DNA from: the human T2T-CHM13v2.0 reference genome, Homo sapiens
Assembly (NCBI RefSeq): GCF_009914755.1
Contig: NC_060942.1
Length of the DNA: 64,000 nucleotides
Strand: one strand, 5' to 3'
Position 1 is the stretch's first letter, and each line of letters starts with the position of its first letter. A program made the translations under genes and the position numbers. Below, piece after piece: positions 45,179 to 57,093 of this stretch. A model generated the notes under the pieces. That model saw only the letters and a list, made by a program, of their open reading frames with translations. It searched no databases and had not been told where the DNA came from.

Positions 45179-45881
45179 ATCAAAAGCACAATGAGATACC
45201 ATCTCACATCAGTTAAAAAGTCAGGAAACAACAGATGCTGGAGAGGATGTGGAGAAATAGGAACGCTTTTGTGTGGTGATTCCTCAAGGATCTAGAACCA
45301 GAAATACCATTTGACCCAGCAATCCCATTACTGAGTATATACCCAAAAGATTATAAATCATTCTACTATAAAGACACATTCACACATATGTTTATTGCAG
45401 CACTATTTACAATAGCAAAGACTTGGAACCAACCCAAATGCCCATCAATGGATAAAATGTGGCACACATACACCATGGAATACTATGCAGCCATAAAAAA
45501 GAATGAGTTCATGTCCTTTGCAGGGACGTGGATGAAGCTGGAAACCATCATTCTCGGCAAAGTAAAACAGGAACAGAAAACGAAACACCACATGTTCTCA
45601 CTCATAAGTGGGAGTTGAACAATGAGAACAGGGAGGGGAACATCACATACCAGGGCCTGTCATGGGGTGGAGGGCAAGGGGAGGGATAGCATTAGGACAA
45701 ATACCTAATGCATGTGGGGCTTAAAACCTAGGTGATGGGTTGATGGATGCAGCAAACCACCATGGCACATGTATACCTATGTAACAAACCTGTACATTCT
45801 GCACATGTATCCCAGAACTTAAAGTATAATAATAAGAAAAATTTTAAAAAATAAAATAATAAATAATTTTAAAAAGAAAAA
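45179..45881 (+). mobile_element. 5'-truncated L1PA7/8-like element
   Basis: ORF2 C-terminus (MFIAALFTIAKTWNQPKCPS...), 3' UTR aatgcatgtggggcttaaaacctag, A-rich tail; TSD aaaagagcgggtacc (44976-44990 / 45882-45896). Confidence 0.95.
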
Positions 45882-46045
45882 AAAAGAGCGGGTACCCTGC
45901 TAACAAAGGCAGAGGAGACTGCCTCAGTATACATGTCACCTTGGGGTACTGAGAAGAGAGTGAACATTTTACAGGCTTGTGTTAAGAATTAAGGCAAAGA
46001 CAGAAACTGAGTCAGGTCAGGAGAATAAAGGTGGCAGCTTGACAA

Positions 46046-46188
46046 ATTTTTTTTTTATTATTATACTTTAAGTTTTAGGGTACATGTGCACATTGTGCAG
46101 GTTAGTTACATATGTATACATGTGCCATGCTGGTGCACTGCACCCACTAACTCGTCATCTAGCATTAGGTATATCTCCCAATGCTATC
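46046..46188 (-). mobile_element. Very short L1PA2-type 3' end
   Basis: Reverse complement reads aatgctagatgacgagttagtggg...gtaactaacctgcacaatgtgcac (GAG at the Ta diagnostic site); near-consensus. Confidence 0.93.
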
Positions 46189-48423
46189 TTTTGCAATAAG
46201 GCAGATGAGGTTTCATTTCCACTCCACAAGAAAGTAGCACTAGGCATTGGGGATTTTCTCTAAGGATATGGGAGGCATAGTGTCACAATTAATGTTTTAA
46301 TGGAAAAATTCTCCCAAAGGAGTTTCAATTAACAAGTCACAGACTCCAGAAACTTGGAAAGGACTGACGAGTACCATGCAAAAGCCAGAAGCAAGAGAAT
46401 TTTAGCTTTTCCTTTATGGCTGTTATATGTTCGTTTCTTCAAGGAACTCAAAAGCTCTACCTGGTTCCATGATTGTTATCTGAAGGGCAGCTCCAGTTAA
46501 AAATATGTATTAATTCAAATGTACATCAGTTTTCCTGGATGACTGCTCTAGGCCCTGAGGATTTGCTTGTGTTTTTGCAATTTCATGGGTGGGTCTGGCT
46601 GTGCCATGTTTTCATGTGTTGCACAGCTCTCGCAGGGGGAAAAAAGGAGAAAGAGGGAGACACTTGAATGTTTTAGGAGTTAGAATCATTTCAACGTGGG
46701 GCACACTAGAAGACAGCTTAAAATCAATCCGCTTGCTGCTCGGCTCATCATCTGCCTCCGACTAAGTGGAAAAATAAATTGGGAGGGCAGAATTTTAGTC
46801 TTTGGTGTAATTGGGATTTGATTCGCATAACAGGTTTTCATTTTTAACTTTAATTTCTTTGGGGGAGATAAAATGATGCTAGAGGGAGGTCTGTCTTCTA
46901 ATCTGGGGAGTTGGATGTAGAGGCTGGGTATTTTGGCCTCTGTTCTGTCATGTGGCGCCCATTGTAAAACGTCTCCTGTCTTACTCTATTGTGTGAAGTG
47001 TCTGGACAAATATGAAAATGAAAACGGAATAACAGATAAATCTTCAGCCCAGGGCAGGAGTGTTGTTGGAGATGACTGAAATACTGCCCTGTTCTGACCT
47101 ATTTCAGAGCCTTCTGAGGGCAAGCTGCTCACTCTCCTAGGAACAAAGAAGGACTGGCTGAATGAAGATGGGGCCAGATTTTTCTTATGTGCCATTGTTC
47201 TTTCTTGTGTGTTTGTCTAGGGTGGAAGGGAGGGTTATGGCAGCATTCTGCGAAGGGTGAATCATTCTCTACCTACGTTTGCAGCAGTAACCAGGAAGAT
47301 GCATGGAAAAGTAAGTGACAGAATGGAAAAGCTTGTGTGGCCAGAGATGAGCATGTGTTGGGCAGTTTTCTATTTTCTGAAGAATGACAGGAGTTATTTG
47401 AAATCAGAAAAATAAAACATGATGAAAGTGCTGCTGAAAATATGGTCAAAATCACAGATTGTTCCATGAATTCTGACTGTGTCAACTCTTCCAACATCCA
47501 TGTGAATACCCAAAGTAGCCAAATTTGATTCCGTAACTGTTAAAATGTTCTTCATGGAGATTTTCAATGGAGGTGGTAGGAGGGTAGTAGGAGTGGAGGT
47601 ATTTCCTTCAACAGATTTTAAAAGAAAGAAAACTTTTTTTCATGAAAAATTAAACAAAAACTTAATTAGAAAGCAAAATGAGGAAATGAGTAAACCTAAT
47701 TTTAATGTTTAAATTTTAAATTTTTAAGGTGGCAATGCATCTGTCCTAGAATTATGGGTTTAAATCCCTCTTAGTCATTCCTGAACTTAGAAACAATTGT
47801 ACTTATTTTGAAACCTAGCTTTTGCATAATTATAAGAGCTCTGTACAGTAAATGGTATAAATCATTTATGCACCCAATTACAACATTCATGTATTAAGAG
47901 AATTTTTCTGTCTCCTTTCAATTTTTATCTTTGAGACTCTTCATCTTTTGAAAAGCATATTCTGGTTTTCTTAGTTTGTTCTTATGTAACATTCTATGTA
48001 AAAAAGGAAATAATGGCAGAAGTTATTTTATAGAAGTGCTACTACATCTGGTAAATTTTGTATATTTCATTTCCCCTGCAAGCTTTTCAAACACAGTAGC
48101 TTGAACTGCTGTTAGAAATTTACTGTCTCTGTGCTTGTCACCAGGAAGATGAATGTGACCATTTCACATCTTGCAAAAAATACTTTTTATTTGTTAGCAT
48201 TTATATACTAGGTATTATGCATACGGTTTCAAAATCAATAGAAAAAGAATACGCATCAGGAGAAATACTTAGATTATCAAAAACAACTCAAGTGAGAATG
48301 CATTCTGCAGGTGCAATTTAAAGAATATGGGTGTAAAACAGAGAATGGAACATTCTATAAAACTAATGTTAGTTGAGATAATCTGTAAAATCTAACTATC
48401 AGCCCTTCTTTCTCGGTTACCAG

Positions 48424-48460
48424 GAGACAATAGCTGTGTACACATATGTGGCGATGAAAG
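48424..48460 (+). other. Candidate 37-nt + strand micro-exon
   Basis: Branch-like CTAAC at 48392-48396, tract cccttctttctcggttaccag, donor AAG|GTAACG. Confidence 0.3.
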
Positions 48461-50869
48461 GTAACGTGGACTCCACATGGCAAGGCAGGCAACTGCTCTT
48501 AAGTGCACAGATAGAAGGTTCACGGTCACTGTCGGGGAGAAGTTCAGTCTGTCTCGAGTCATCTTTTAGAATTCATCAAAGACGGACAGTCTAGAACTAT
48601 TTTCAGTTTCCCAATGGTGAAGATTTAAATTGTTGATTAAAGTCCAATAACAGTAAAACAAGAAAAGGCCATATGCTTGAGCTGTCAATGATTACTCAGA
48701 TTTTTTGGGGTTACAGTTTAAAGTATTTTGATTTAATATCAAGTTATGAGTATTGAAAAGGGAGGGAAAATGAAAATTTTCTAAAAAACGTGAAAAGAAA
48801 AACCAAACCCACATGTGGTCTATCTTTTTCACGCTTTCAATCTGTAATGAACTTCTGGCCACCTTGATGTGAAGTGCCCTGTACGGAGTGCTCAGCGTGT
48901 TTTGATAGTTCTTATTTGTGTGAATAAGAAAATGAGCATTTGATAACACAAACTGAAATGCAGTTGAATATTATTAATCTTTTTAAAAAACAAAAGCATA
49001 GTAAGGGGAGGAATAGGAAGACCTTAGAATCTAGGTTTCATTTTCATACAAATATTTCCTGTTAGCTCAAAATGGTAGATGTTGAAAATAGAAGGAATCT
49101 AATTGGAATATTTATATTATGGGTGATGGTATTTATGATGACATCTGGGCTTCCTGGTCTTGGCGCAGTTCAGGCAGATAATATAAATGGAAACTGTAAT
49201 ACAGACTGAGTAGATGTCAAGACTCATTAGAAAATGAGTGGAAGGACTTTGTACAAATAAGTACAGGGCTACTGGCATTTCTTTGGTTTTGTCCAGAGAG
49301 GGGTAACCCTGCGTCATCATGGCTCTTCCTGCTTGGTTTTATGGTGTTATGTATATAGGTGTGGCCTTTATCACAAAACACTATTAAATATTCATTAAGC
49401 ATATTGTTTATAGAACTTTCCACAACAAGACAGTCCAGTGAAAGCTATCTTTCAAAATTCCAATTGTTACCAGGTATGTCATGTATACATATATGGCAGT
49501 TTCTTAAATAATAAATTTTGGATTATTTTATACATACATACATACATACACACATTTGGATTATTTTATACATACACACATATATTTTTAATATCATCAG
49601 TAGGTCTCATTTATGACAATAAAGTAGGTACAGTTGTAGCTACCATGAGAAATAAGATGCTATATAATACTTTATGTCTCACTATTAATTTATATTGTGT
49701 TTATTGTTAAAATTTCAGCTGGCAAAGGAAGCCTATGGTCTACTAAGGTGCCAATCCTATACACACTTATAAATTTAATGAATATTGATAATCATAAATG
49801 TGAGAAATAGTACGAAGCATCGATCTTGAAGGAAGAGCACTAGAAAAGAAAAAATGTTTGAATTGCATAAAAACAAAGTTAGAAAGGGAAACGGTTTTGT
49901 CAAATCTGCCTATAGACTAGAAGTTGCAAATTTGGGTTCTACATTAGAATTCTCTGGGGTACTGTTGACATTTGTTAGATTCTCACATACACACCGTGAA
50001 TCAGTAGATGCCCAATAACTATTTTAACTAGAAATCCAGCAATCTACAGAAATCACTGCTAGATGACTTTCATTTAAAACATTACAAATAGATATTTCCA
50101 ATCTGTATTCTGCCATTAATGAACTCAATTGTTCAAAATTGAATAGCATAAGCAATATGGAATTGCCCTAATTAGGCAGCATTAGCAACCATAAAAATGG
50201 TCCAGAGTAATAAAAAATGAATCTGTTTACAAAAAAATTCCACTTTATCATTGTTTAATTTTTAAAATAAGCAAAATATAGCTATTTTTGGAAAACAGAG
50301 ATAAAAACAAAAAGCAGATAGAATCAGCCATAATCAAAATGTCCCATGGTTGCCACAGCTACCAAGTTTTTTTTTCATTTGAAAATATGTATATTTTAAA
50401 GTCAGATCACCAGATTGTATTTTAGCAAATTTTTTATGTAGTAAAATATGAGCATTTCCTATGTTGTTGGATAATCTCTTACAACATCACATTTTAAAAT
50501 TTATCTTTGCTCATATTATAATATACTTTACTAATTTTTATTATTTCAGAAATTAGAAGAAAATTATCTATTACAAAGATTGCTCTTTAATTATGTCTTT
50601 GAAATAAATAATTTCTACATCTTTAAAGCAATATATTTCCAGGAATGTGGCTTGAAGGTTAAATACATACACATACAAACTAAAAATTCTTGCAACTAAA
50701 TATTAGGCCAGATAGAATTTCAAGGGTAGTCTTTTCTCTCCCCTGGGAAATAGAAATCAGACAGGAGAAACAAGTTAGAAAGTTGGTAAGAAATGTGTGA
50801 CATGGGACCAAACAACTTATCAAAGAAGCTGAATACAAAATCAGTATGTGATTGATACCTAGCAGATCC

Positions 50870-51600
50870 CTGTCCCAATCTTCCTAGGAACTGCCAACAA
50901 CATGAGTGAGCAGAGAAGATCCATTATAGTTCTCTTGAGGATTTCTTTATAGGTGATAACTTTGAAAGGTTGACATTTACTTACCTATTTAGCTAAGGCT
51001 GTGATTACAATACGCACAGTGTTCCAAAGAACACAAGGAAACGGAGATGAAATCAGTGGAAGTTCAAGGAGCTGTTTAAGGACAAAGGTGATTATGATTC
51101 TATGTCTGGAAATGACCACAGAAATGTCTACCTTCTCTCATAGAGCAAGAAGATCGAAGCAAATGAACAAAGGTGGGATCCGGTTCCAATAATGAAGAAT
51201 GTGATGACTACATGTATACCATTCTGGAACAGAGAAAAGACTGCCTGCAGCAATATCTCTAAAAACTACCTGTGGCAGACTCAGTGGATGGTCAAGTTTG
51301 GCTCTGAAACAAGTCTCCTCATTTGTCAGAGAAAGGACAGAGAAGATCCAGTTTATGTGATTAATTCAATGATATTAGTAGAGATCATAGATACAATGAT
51401 CAAAATAAGAACATTGCTTTTTGCAAAATCAGATTAAACTGCACTCCAAAACAATACTGAATCATGTAAAAGCAGAACTTCCTCTCAGAGATTTCTGTAT
51501 GCAAAGACAAAACAATTAGGTCACAGGATACCATGTTCTTGAGACTGTATGTCCTTACTAAGTTTCATTTTCATTCAGATATGTACAAGACCATTTGGTA
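50870..51600 (+). mobile_element. Possible ancient RTE/L4-type LINE RT fossil
   Basis: Frame 51051-51155 reads NQWKFKELFKDKGDYDSMSGNDHRNVYLLS*SKKI, resembling the LINE RT motif K.KGD...NYR.I.LLS..K; edges uncertain. Confidence 0.35.
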
Positions 51601-52400
51601 TTTGTAAAGAGGTTATGTTTATCTGTGTTTTCCTGAATATAGAATGAATATCTTTATGACAAAAAACTTTAGCTCAGAAGAATCTTTATCGCATTTAAAA
51701 TAATTAACAACTATAGTGCATAATGTATAATTCAAGGGTTTTCTGTAGCCCATTTCCCATCTACCCTGTCCCTGTCCCCATACTCCTTCCTCACCTCCAC
51801 CCAACCTCCACCAGAGATAATTAAGCTTTTAAGAATGAGATTGATCACTTAAAAGTAATATATTTTTACTTTATTTCTTTAATCCATGTTTAGACTTTCC
51901 TACCTGCCAAAACTTTGTATCTTTTAAACTTGGTATTCTACTTCTTTCTCCCATCTCAAACTATACGTAAATCAGTGTGTTAGAAATTCCAGTGAGTTTA
52001 ATTGAACAGAAAGTTGGGGTATCTTGTATCCCCTCCTTTTTTTTCTTTTGGGACATAACCTTTGTTTCCCACTTGTGATTCCAGAATCTATCTTGGTATG
52101 ATTCAACACCTTTTATCAGCTGCTTCTAAACAACTTTCACCACCATATTGCCTCCTCATTCTTCCGAAAATACACTATTTTCTAGTCAGGCCAAACTATA
52201 CATTCTTTCCAGAGCTGACCACACTTGTTATGTTATATTCCCAGCTAAATGCCTTCTGTAACATTTACTACTTATCCTTCTGGATACAACCCCAATGTCA
52301 CCACCTCCTTGAGAGCACCCCTGATTCCACAGGGTTGAGAGTCAGGGTGGCCTGGGAAGACCACACATGTCCTCTGCCATCATTCAGAGGTGGGTATAAG

Positions 52401-53176
52401 TGAAATGGGAGAGTTCCCTGGTCCCCCTCACAGGATGTGTGACAGGGGTATGGCTCTCTTCTTGGCTGCTATGAGCTCAAAGCCCTTACAAGAGGTGGAG
52501 CATGCAGATGAGCAGGTGCAGGAACCAGAGCGAGAGCTTTTGGGGTCCCGCCCCACAGCAGTGTCTAGGGGTGAGTTTCTGTGATTCCCAAAACCCAAGT
52601 GGGCACATGTTACAGTGTGCTCTTCTAGTGTTGCTGTCCAAGTGTTAACTAGCTTAGTGGACCCTCTGCCTTTTTGCAAGGGCAGAGGGCCAATGTGACA
52701 GCTTTCTGTATTCTGAGCTCTTATCCAGCATCCAGGAAGAATCAGGTGACACAGGGACTTGAAGGATGAATGTGGGGGTTTTATTGAGTGGTGGAGGTGG
52801 AACTCAGCAGGATAGATGGGAAACTGGACAGGGGATGGAGTGGGAAGATCATCTTCCCCTGGAGCTTGGCCATCCACTGGCTGATTCTCTGACCATCCCC
52901 AGCTGAACTCCTCCTAACAGTCCTTCTCTTCTTTCCTCTGCTGCATTGTTCTGCCATCCAGTTTGCTAATCTCCTTGTTTCCTGTCTCCTCATCTGCTCC
53001 TGGAGCCTGGGGTTCGGAGTTTATACGGGTACAGGACAGGGTGTGTGTCAGGTCAAAAGGCAGCTTTTTGGGCATGAAAACAGGAATGCCCGTCCTGTAT
53101 CCAGGCTAGAGGGTGGGGCTTTTGCTGGGGAACTGCCCTCTTCTACCCAGTATTTCCCTGTCTCCTTTCTGCATCA
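52401..53176 (-). mobile_element. LTR1-family (ERV1) solo LTR
   Basis: TG...CA ends; reverse-complement start tgatgcagaaaggagacagggaaatactgggtagaagagggcagttcccc; near-TSD taag/taaa. Confidence 0.88.
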
Positions 53177-53589
53177 TAAAGATGTGTGGTACCCAGTTGG
53201 TGCAGACGCGAAATTCATCTGTTTCTTTATGTTTTCTCCCTTTGCTCTAAAAGGGTCCATATTTGCCTGCATTCTAGTGCTCACCACACCACATTGGGGT
53301 ATTTGGTTATGTGTCTGGTTTCTTCAGTAGACTAATGGTGTTCCCTGTGCAAGATTCTTAGATGGGCTTCAATAAAATGGTTGAGTTGCACTGAATTGTG
53401 TTTCTAAAGTAGATATCATGTCTTATTTCCACCAGGGCACAATGTCTAGCACTTAGAAGCTTAAAAAAAGATTGTTGAGATACTAAATGAATAGATTAAC
53501 CAAAAGTTTAATTTTTCTAGCAGTGTTCATGGGTGGGAACAAAGCAGTAAAACAAACACATACAAAAATAAATGGAGGTCAAGGACCTA

Positions 53590-53820
53590 TAATACTAAAT
53601 GAGCTAGCACCATTTCATCTGGCTGTGCTACTTCCTAGCTATGCAACCTGAGACAAATCACATATACTCTCTGATCTTCTATTTCATTATCTGTGAAGTG
53701 GACACAAAAATAATACCTACCTCTTAGCACTGTTTATAAAACCAAATAAAAGTAAGTAAAGTGCTTAGCAGAGTGTGTAAAACACAAATTTGTGCTCGGT
53801 AAGTGTTAGTTATTATCATC
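53590..53820 (+). mobile_element. MIR SINE
   Basis: tggctgtgctacttcctagctatgcaacc...tttcattatctgtgaagtgg...taatacctacctc...taaagtgcttagca. Confidence 0.8.
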
Positions 53821-54790
53821 TTATTGTTTCCTGAAAGGCCTCCAGCTATGCTTGTTAAGAAAGGCTTTTATTAAGTGTATTTAAAGATACTAATGATTAA
53901 AGTAATGAGAGTCAACACAGTCAATATTTATTGAGTGCTTACTTTGAGCCAGTCATCTATTCTCACTGGATTACACCATTGCAACATCAAGGAAACAGTT
54001 TTAAAAAAGTATAACCAGCACAAGGTTAGTAAGGAGAAAGCATAAAAACTGTGCTTCTCATTTCATCATCTGGGATCTTAGCAAATATACAACATTCAAG
54101 CAACCTTCTATGAATCTAGCCACACATTATGGCCCTACCACCCTGCGTCTTAATTTTGTTAGAACTTGCCTTATTATAATTAAGCACGCAGCCTTCCTTT
54201 ACCTTCTAGTAAACAGTACATTTTCTGAAGACCGAGACTGTGTAACTCACCTTTATAACTCTCACAGCCTAGCTGATGTACACACAGGTGCACACACACA
54301 GAAACACATACACACACACAAATAAAGAGGAGAAGTGACAAAGTAGATCCACATTGTTGGAAAAGACACAGCAGGTTAAAGGAGGGCCACTCTCAGAAAC
54401 ATTTTAGCAATGAACAGAAAAACTAGACCACTCAAATGAACCACGTGCTTGCATTCACAGTGTTATACCTGTATAATTTGTTGAATTTCTAAAATCTGTA
54501 ATTCAGTTAGTTCATCCTCCTTCAACCTTGAGTCATTTTATAGTTTAATTCCAGTTTTCCTTCTCTCCTAAATCCTGTTGTGAAAACCACTTTCAGATTG
54601 GCTGTCTTGATTAATAGCTCTGTAACGTCTACATTCTCTGGTGGACAAAACATTTTTTGTTCCAAAGTAATTCTTTACCTCTAGATGCTGGCAATTTCAG
54701 CATCAAAAGAATAAATAACCAACTGAAACTATATTCCTGAGGCCAGGCTATTGCCATCAGAACCCATATTTTCCTGTCTTCTCCCATTAC

Positions 54791-54989
54791 CTGTGCACTG
54801 AAAGACAGAGCGGGTGGCATCTGACCAAGCAGCTCTCCTATGCCTGGAAAAGTAGCCACTTTCTGAGCAGACAATGGATGGATTTAAACTTCCAACATCT
54901 TTCATCACCAAATAGCACTTCCCCAGAAGTGATGCATCATCTGGAGTTATTTTTCGGGTAATGGCACTTGAACCTGACCGGTACTTCAC
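54791..54989 (-). other. Candidate 199-nt exon (minus strand), open in frame 0
   Basis: Acceptor ttccactcttaatttag|G, donor CAG|GTAATG, 66 open codons plus 1 nt, non-repetitive sequence. Confidence 0.4.
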
Positions 54990-55484
54990 CTAAATTAAGA
55001 GTGGAACAGGTCTGTAAAGAGGACCTATGACTGTTATGCATCCCATAATAACTATAATTTTTGAACACCCTTTTTATAGTAGATGCTATAGAAAATGGTG
55101 GATAAATTTTGTTTTTATCTTCAACAACAGTATAAGGAAGATATGCCAATTTTATAAATGAGGCACCTGGGGCTCAGAGAGATTTAGGTAAGGATTAGCA
55201 TCAAGGTAAGATGCCAAGAAGGGGCAGAGAAGGGAGTCCCATAAAGGTGAATCTGAAGACATCCTCTCTTCCCACCACACCGAGCCATGACCTGTAGAAA
55301 ACCATCAATGTCTGGTGGTGCCTAAGACGCTCCATGCCATGGGAAAAATTTATTGAAATATAATATCCACATGGAAAAATCAACAAAACTTTATGCCTAA
55401 AACTTATTCATGAAGAGACAATGGTAAAGATACTTAATTAGAAATATAAAATAGCTGACATTGTAACATATCCTCTATACTTAT

Positions 55485-56335
55485 TGTTGGGAAACAATTG
55501 TCCCTGGTTATTTTATTATCCTTGGTTATTTTCACATTTCAGTATGATCCTGAGCCTCTGAGCAAAGGGTACTGCAAGGATGTTTGCTTAACAGACAGCC
55601 TCGGAAGTCGGAGAGTAATGTCTCCATTAAGATAGACAGCACGGGAGAGATCTGGAGACAAGGCTCTCTCCTTTCTATTCTCCGGATGAGATTGGCTTAC
55701 ATTCTGGTATAACAGATAATTAATTTCTCCTCTCTCTCTCTCAATCTCTCTCTCTCTCTTTCTCTATCTATCGCTGTTGCTCTTACTCAGGCAAGGCAGA
55801 GGTGCGAGTAGCCCATAAAAGTTTAGTCTCTCCTAATTTGGGGGTTCCTCTCCCATGATGCAAACCTAATGCAAACGCAGGTAAACTTTTGACTCTTAAC
55901 AGCATCGCCATGAAAGGACTGGGAACTAGAGCCACAAGCCAGAGGGAAGACAGTTCTCTGGCTGCTGCTTTTCTGTGAGTCATAAGGCTCTGTGTCTCTG
56001 CCCCGGACTCTGGTGTCTTCTGTCAGTATATGCATAAAACTGTGCAAGGCTAACCTGTTAGCTTGCAAGTAGAGTTCAGTTATATGCGGGCGATTGGCTC
56101 CATGACCCTCACCTATACCAAAATCCGTGCATACCCAAGTCCCGCAGTCCGCCTTAAGGAACCTGAATATACTAAAAGTCAGCCCTTTCTAGATGCGAAG
56201 TTTGCATCCCCCGCGAATACTGCATTTTCAATCTGTGTTTGCTTGAAAGAAAATTTGCGTATACACAAATCTGTGCAGGTCAAACCCATGTTGTTCAAGG
56301 GTCAACTGTAATCTGAGACCCTCCTCAGTTTCTAA
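55485..56335 (+). mobile_element. LTR40-like ERVL solo LTR interrupted by MER8
   Basis: tgttgggaaacaatt start; ...gctaacctgttagcttgcaagtag [MER8] aatctgagaccctcctcagtt end. Confidence 0.7.
56077..56308 (+). mobile_element. MER8 (TcMar-Tigger MITE)
   Basis: cagtt...ataccaaaatccgtgcatacccaagtcccgcagtc...caaacccatgttgttcaagggtcaactg|ta. Confidence 0.88.
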
Positions 56336-56396
56336 ATTAACATCAGAAGTTCTCAAAGTGTGTTCCCACATCAGCCCTGGGGAATAGTTAAAGAAG

Positions 56397-56765
56397 CATA
56401 TACACCATGGAATACTATGCAGCCATAAAAAATGATGAGTTCATGTCCTTTGTAGGGACATGGATGAAATTGGAAATCATCATTCTCAGTAAACTATCGC
56501 AAGAACAAAAAACCAAACACTGCATATTGTCACTCACAGGTGGGAACTGAACGATGAGATCACATGGACACAGGAAGGGGAATATCACACTCTGGGGACT
56601 GTTGTGGGGTGGGGGGAAAGGGGAGGGAAAGCATCGGGAGATATACCTAATGCTAGATGACGAGTTAGTGGGTGCAGCGCACCAGCATGGCACATGTATA
56701 CATATGTAACTAACCTGCACAATGTGCACATGTACCCTAAAATTTAAATAAATAAAAAAAAAAAA
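56397..56765 (+). mobile_element. 5'-truncated L1PA2-type element
   Basis: gatgaaattggaaatcatcattctcagtaaactatcgcaagaac...aatgctagatgacgagttagtgggtgcagcgcacc, poly-A. Confidence 0.95.
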
Positions 56766-56781
56766 GCAGCAGCAAATTCTT

Positions 56782-57093
56782 GGCCTGGCGCAGTGGCTCA
56801 CGCCTGTAATCCCAGCACTTTGGGAGGCCGAGGTGGGTGGATCACGAGGTCAAGAGATCGAAACTATCCGGGCCAACATGGTGAAACCCCGTCTCTACTA
56901 AAAATACAAAAAATTAGCCGAGCGTGGTGGCAGGCGCCTGTAGTCCCAGCTACTCAGGAGGCTGAGGCAGGAGAATGGTGTGAACCCGGGAGGCACAGCT
57001 TGCAGTGAGCCCAGATCACGCCACTGCAGTCTAGCCTGGGCGACAGAGCGAGACTCTGTCTCAAGACAAAAAAAAAAAAAAAAAAAAAAAAAA
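56782..57093 (+). mobile_element. Alu (Sc/Y-like)
   Basis: gatcacgaggtcaagagatcg...gagaatggtgtgaaccc; long poly-A; TSD agcaaattctt. Confidence 0.96.
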
